A stretch of 64,000 nucleotides of DNA, taken from assembly GCA_964411255.1 (NCBI GenBank), contig CAYPKD010000001.1:7331-71330 (forward strand), read 5' to 3'. A model generated the notes under the pieces. It saw only the letters and a program-made list of their open reading frames with translations. It had not been told where the DNA came from and searched no databases. Origin of the DNA: an uncultured Gammaproteobacteria bacterium (GTDB taxonomy: Bacteria > Patescibacteriota > Patescibacteriia > UBA11705 > DATKZF01). A program made the translations under genes and the position numbers. This document shows positions 61,445 through 64,000 of this stretch, one piece after another; positions within the stretch are counted from its first letter, which is position 1; every line of letters starts with the position of its first letter.

Positions 61445-61648
61445 TTAATCTTCGATTTTTTCAATTTTTTCTACCAATTCTTTTATTTCCCTTTTTTCAA
61501 ACTCATCAATAAATTCATTTATAAATTCATGTTCCTCCTCTTTTAATTCACTAAGTTTTTTTTCAAACTCTGAAAAAGCCTCTTTTAGCTTCTGAATTTT
61601 TTCTTTTGTTTGATCTGTCATATGATTACTCCTTTGGTACAGCATCAA
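61445..61648 (-). CDS. Small coiled-coil protein (67 aa)
   Basis: ORF only. Confidence 0.3.
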   Translation of the reverse strand: MMLYQRSNHMTDQTKEKIQKLKEAFSEFEKKLSELKEEEHEFINEFIDEFEKREIKELVEKIEKIED

Positions 61649-61925
61649 ATAATTCTTTTTTTACTTCTAAAACAACTTCCTGGGTAATTTTTTCCAGATT
61701 TGGCACTTTATCTGCCATAAAATTCGCCAGCGATTCTGAATCCTTTTCAATTTCCAGCATTTTATCCTTGTCTTCGTCTTTTAGCTCATCCATCACCCGC
61801 AGCATAATGCGTCTTTGAATCAAATCACTTGTTTGATCCAAAATGGCAGCCTTTCTGTCATCAGGCAAGGCTTCTAAACCTAATAATTGAATAATGTTTG
61901 CATTTAATAATTCTTTTTTTGTCAT
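61626..61925 (-). CDS. Hypothetical protein (99 aa)
   Basis: ORF only. Confidence 0.4.
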   Translation of the reverse strand: MTKKELLNANIIQLLGLEALPDDRKAAILDQTSDLIQRRIMLRVMDELKDEDKDKMLEIEKDSESLANFMADKVPNLEKITQEVVLEVKKELFDAVPKE

Positions 61926-62058
61926 AATTGATTTTTTTAGGTATTAAGTATAAGATAATGATCTATATAAAATTTACCATATTTAGCATATCCTAGCAAT
62001 TTTTATGTGGATTTTTTTTCAAAAATCAGATAAAATATTAGATATTAGAATAAAAAAT

Positions 62059-63402
62059 ATGAAGCTTAAAACCAGAAGAATAATTGCATTAACGTTTATA
62101 ATCGCTTTTCTCATTACTGCGCCAATTTTAATTTTATATACAGCAGGCTATCGATATAATTTTAAAAAAAATGAACTGAAAAAAACCGGTGCTTTGTTTT
62201 TAGAAACAGAACCAAAAGGGGCAGACGTTTATCTCAATGATATACAAAGAAAAGAAACAACGCCAGCTCATATAACAAATGTTTTTCCAAATACTTACAA
62301 AATAAGGCTGGAAAAACAAGGATATTATAATTGGGAAAAAGAATTAGAAATAAAGGCATCTCAAACCACTTTTTCTGAAGACATTATTCTTTTTAAAAAT
62401 TCTTCGCCAATATCTATTGAAACAGGAGAAGAAGTATTGGAGCTTTATCAAACTGACGACTGCATTATGGCAGTCTTTACAGAAAAAGTACGCTCACAAA
62501 ATGATATATCATTTAATTGTCTCGACGATGATAATAAATTTGAAATTATTTCAACTAATAAACGCGATACGGATATTTTATCCTGGAGCCCGTCAAAAAA
62601 TAAATTTTTAATTATAAACGGAGATAAATCCGGATATCAAATCCTTTCTTCAAACAATACTTATAGTCAAACTTTAAATCTGCCTTTAACCACCAACAGA
62701 ATAAAATGGGATTTAAAAAATGAACATCTCATTTATTATTCGATAGACAACCAAATCTGGCAGATCAATTTATTAGGCAGCCAGCCAGTATATTCTTTGG
62801 TTCATGATTTTGGTAATCAGCAAATCATGAATTTTAGAACTGCTGGAGATAAATTATATTTTATTAGTTCTGGCGCAAATGGGAATTTTTTAAACTTATC
62901 TGATATTAAAAAACCTGATGCGAATATTAAATCGATTGAATTGCCCTCTGCAAATTTTGTCATTGATTCCTTAATTGATGGGCATCTGATTTTATTAGAT
63001 AATAAAAAATCAAATATTTATATTTTGACTGAAAATTTAAGCCAAACAAAGATAAAGCAAGATGGCGGCAGTAAATATTCTTATTTAGAAGAACAGAAAT
63101 TATTAATTATCTACAATGATTATGAAATTTTCATGTTTGACCTAAAAGAGGAAGTACCGCAATCAAATTTGATAATTCGTTATAGCACAACAATAAATAA
63201 AGTCGACTGGTTTAATGACAATTATCTGATAGCTCTTCATGACGGCAAAATTAAAGTCATTGAACTTGATAATAGAGAAAATCATAATATTTGGGAATTA
63301 GACAGCGGAAATGAAACTGTCTATAATTTCATATTAGATAAATCAAAAGAAAATATTTACTATTTATCAAAAAATAAATTGTGGGAATTAAATATACAAT
63401 AA
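62059..63402 (+). CDS. Membrane-anchored PEGA domain protein with beta-propeller-like C-region
   Basis: TM after internal Met; LETEPKGADVYLNDIQRKETTPAHITNV is PEGA-like. Confidence 0.5.
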   Translation: MKLKTRRIIALTFIIAFLITAPILILYTAGYRYNFKKNELKKTGALFLETEPKGADVYLNDIQRKETTPAHITNVFPNTYKIRLEKQGYYNWEKELEIKASQTTFSEDIILFKNSSPISIETGEEVLELYQTDDCIMAVFTEKVRSQNDISFNCLDDDNKFEIISTNKRDTDILSWSPSKNKFLIINGDKSGYQILSSNNTYSQTLNLPLTTNRIKWDLKNEHLIYYSIDNQIWQINLLGSQPVYSLVHDFGNQQIMNFRTAGDKLYFISSGANGNFLNLSDIKKPDANIKSIELPSANFVIDSLIDGHLILLDNKKSNIYILTENLSQTKIKQDGGSKYSYLEEQKLLIIYNDYEIFMFDLKEEVPQSNLIIRYSTTINKVDWFNDNYLIALHDGKIKVIELDNRENHNIWELDSGNETVYNFILDKSKENIYYLSKNKLWELNIQ

Positions 63403-63504
63403 CTAATAGATCAAAAATCACCAGTGCTGCTGGTGATTTTTATATTATCCGGTGCTTAACGAAAAACAATACAGTTTTTTTTCTAGTAATATCAATGCAT
63501 TTTT

Positions 63505-63700
63505 CGCTTATAGCAGCGGGGGTCTGGGGGGCTGATTGCTCCCTGCGCGATATTTGAACTCTATCGTCACTTCGCATTTGAAGCCCCCCAGCAGTTTTTG
63601 GTTACTTTTTGGTGGCAAAAAGTAACTTGGCGCAAGCCCAGAACCGTATGGTTCTGGGCAAGCCAACATTGGAAAGGGCAAAGCAGGCATAGGCCTGTAT
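63505..63700. ncRNA. Candidate structured RNA (GC-rich, at least three strong hairpins); strand and identity unknown
   Basis: GGGGGGCT...AGCCCCCC long-range stem, GTTACTTTTTG-gtggc-AAAAAGTAAC, TTGGC-gcaa-GCCCAGAACC-gtat-GGTTCTGGGC-aa-GCCAA; the only ORF here is low-complexity. Confidence 0.3.
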
Positions 63701-63786
63701 AGCAAAAGATCTTATTTAATTTTAAAAAATATCCATGATAAAAAAGAAGCCTACTAACTGGCTCTTTTTTATCTAATTTGATATTT

Positions 63787-63993
63787 TTATGATAAAACCT
63801 TTTTCCCCCGAAGTTCAAGATAAGTCAGCACGCCAATTGAATATAAAAAAGTATTTAATAATCCTCGGTAAAAAAGCATAAATATAAATACCACCACTGC
63901 ACCTAAAATAGCAGTTATCAATGCTCCAATTGCACCCAACCACATTGAAAATAAAATTCCAATAAGTACAAATGGTAACATCAATATAATCAT
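63787..63993 (-). CDS. Small membrane protein (68 aa)
   Basis: Two hydrophobic helices; ORF only. Confidence 0.35.
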   Translation of the reverse strand: MIILMLPFVLIGILFSMWLGAIGALITAILGAVVVFIFMLFYRGLLNTFLYSIGVLTYLELRGKKVLS

Positions 63994-64000
63994 TGCAACC

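Noticed and set aside
63508-63818. Minus-strand ORFs of 65 and 83 aa across the GC-rich structured region
   Set aside because: The products are Pro/Leu/Gly low-complexity, and the region is better explained by stable RNA hairpins.

Overview
This is a low-GC (~33%), gene-dense bacterial window, mostly on the minus strand; its small core genes and lack of strong SD sites suggest a CPR/Patescibacteria-like genome (inference). Housekeeping genes are pheT (partial), pheS, ricT/yaaT, tsf, rpsB, pgi, tpiA, an M16 peptidase, an HD-GYP protein, a macA/macB-like efflux operon, a GT2, thiI, ddl, pyrG, rplI, an S41 peptidase, murA, tRNA-Tyr, tRNA-Gln and tRNA-Thr. The main accessory feature is a ~12 kb integrative island (13852..25893) inserted into the anticodon loop of a tRNA-Thr(GGT) gene. 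The two tRNA halves lie 12 kb apart on the minus strand and rejoin into a perfect cloverleaf, with a 7-bp duplicated core (ATGGTAA). The island carries two tyrosine recombinases, an excisionase-like HTH gene, its own intact tRNA-Thr(GGT), a DUF4238 gene and a six-gene operon: hsdM-hsdS-hsdR translationally coupled to a DUF45/M48-like fragment, a GIY-YIG+DUF4357 protein and a Cas4-like PD-(D/E)XK nuclease. Other points of interest: a GC-rich two-gene cassette (9039..11253) with a 19-bp perfect inverted repeat upstream; a recently duplicated gene of unknown function (1805..2902 and 28479..29588); a 1531-aa secreted Cys-rich zincin-like surface protein; a 1135-aa Glu/Lys-rich protein with three perfect 60-bp in-frame tandem repeats; a duplicated ~140-nt structured leader in front of two paralogous small membrane-protein genes (candidate riboswitch or sRNA); families of short palindromic repeat motifs in most intergenic regions; and a GC-rich multi-hairpin candidate ncRNA at 63500..63700. 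No CRISPR array or rRNA was seen.
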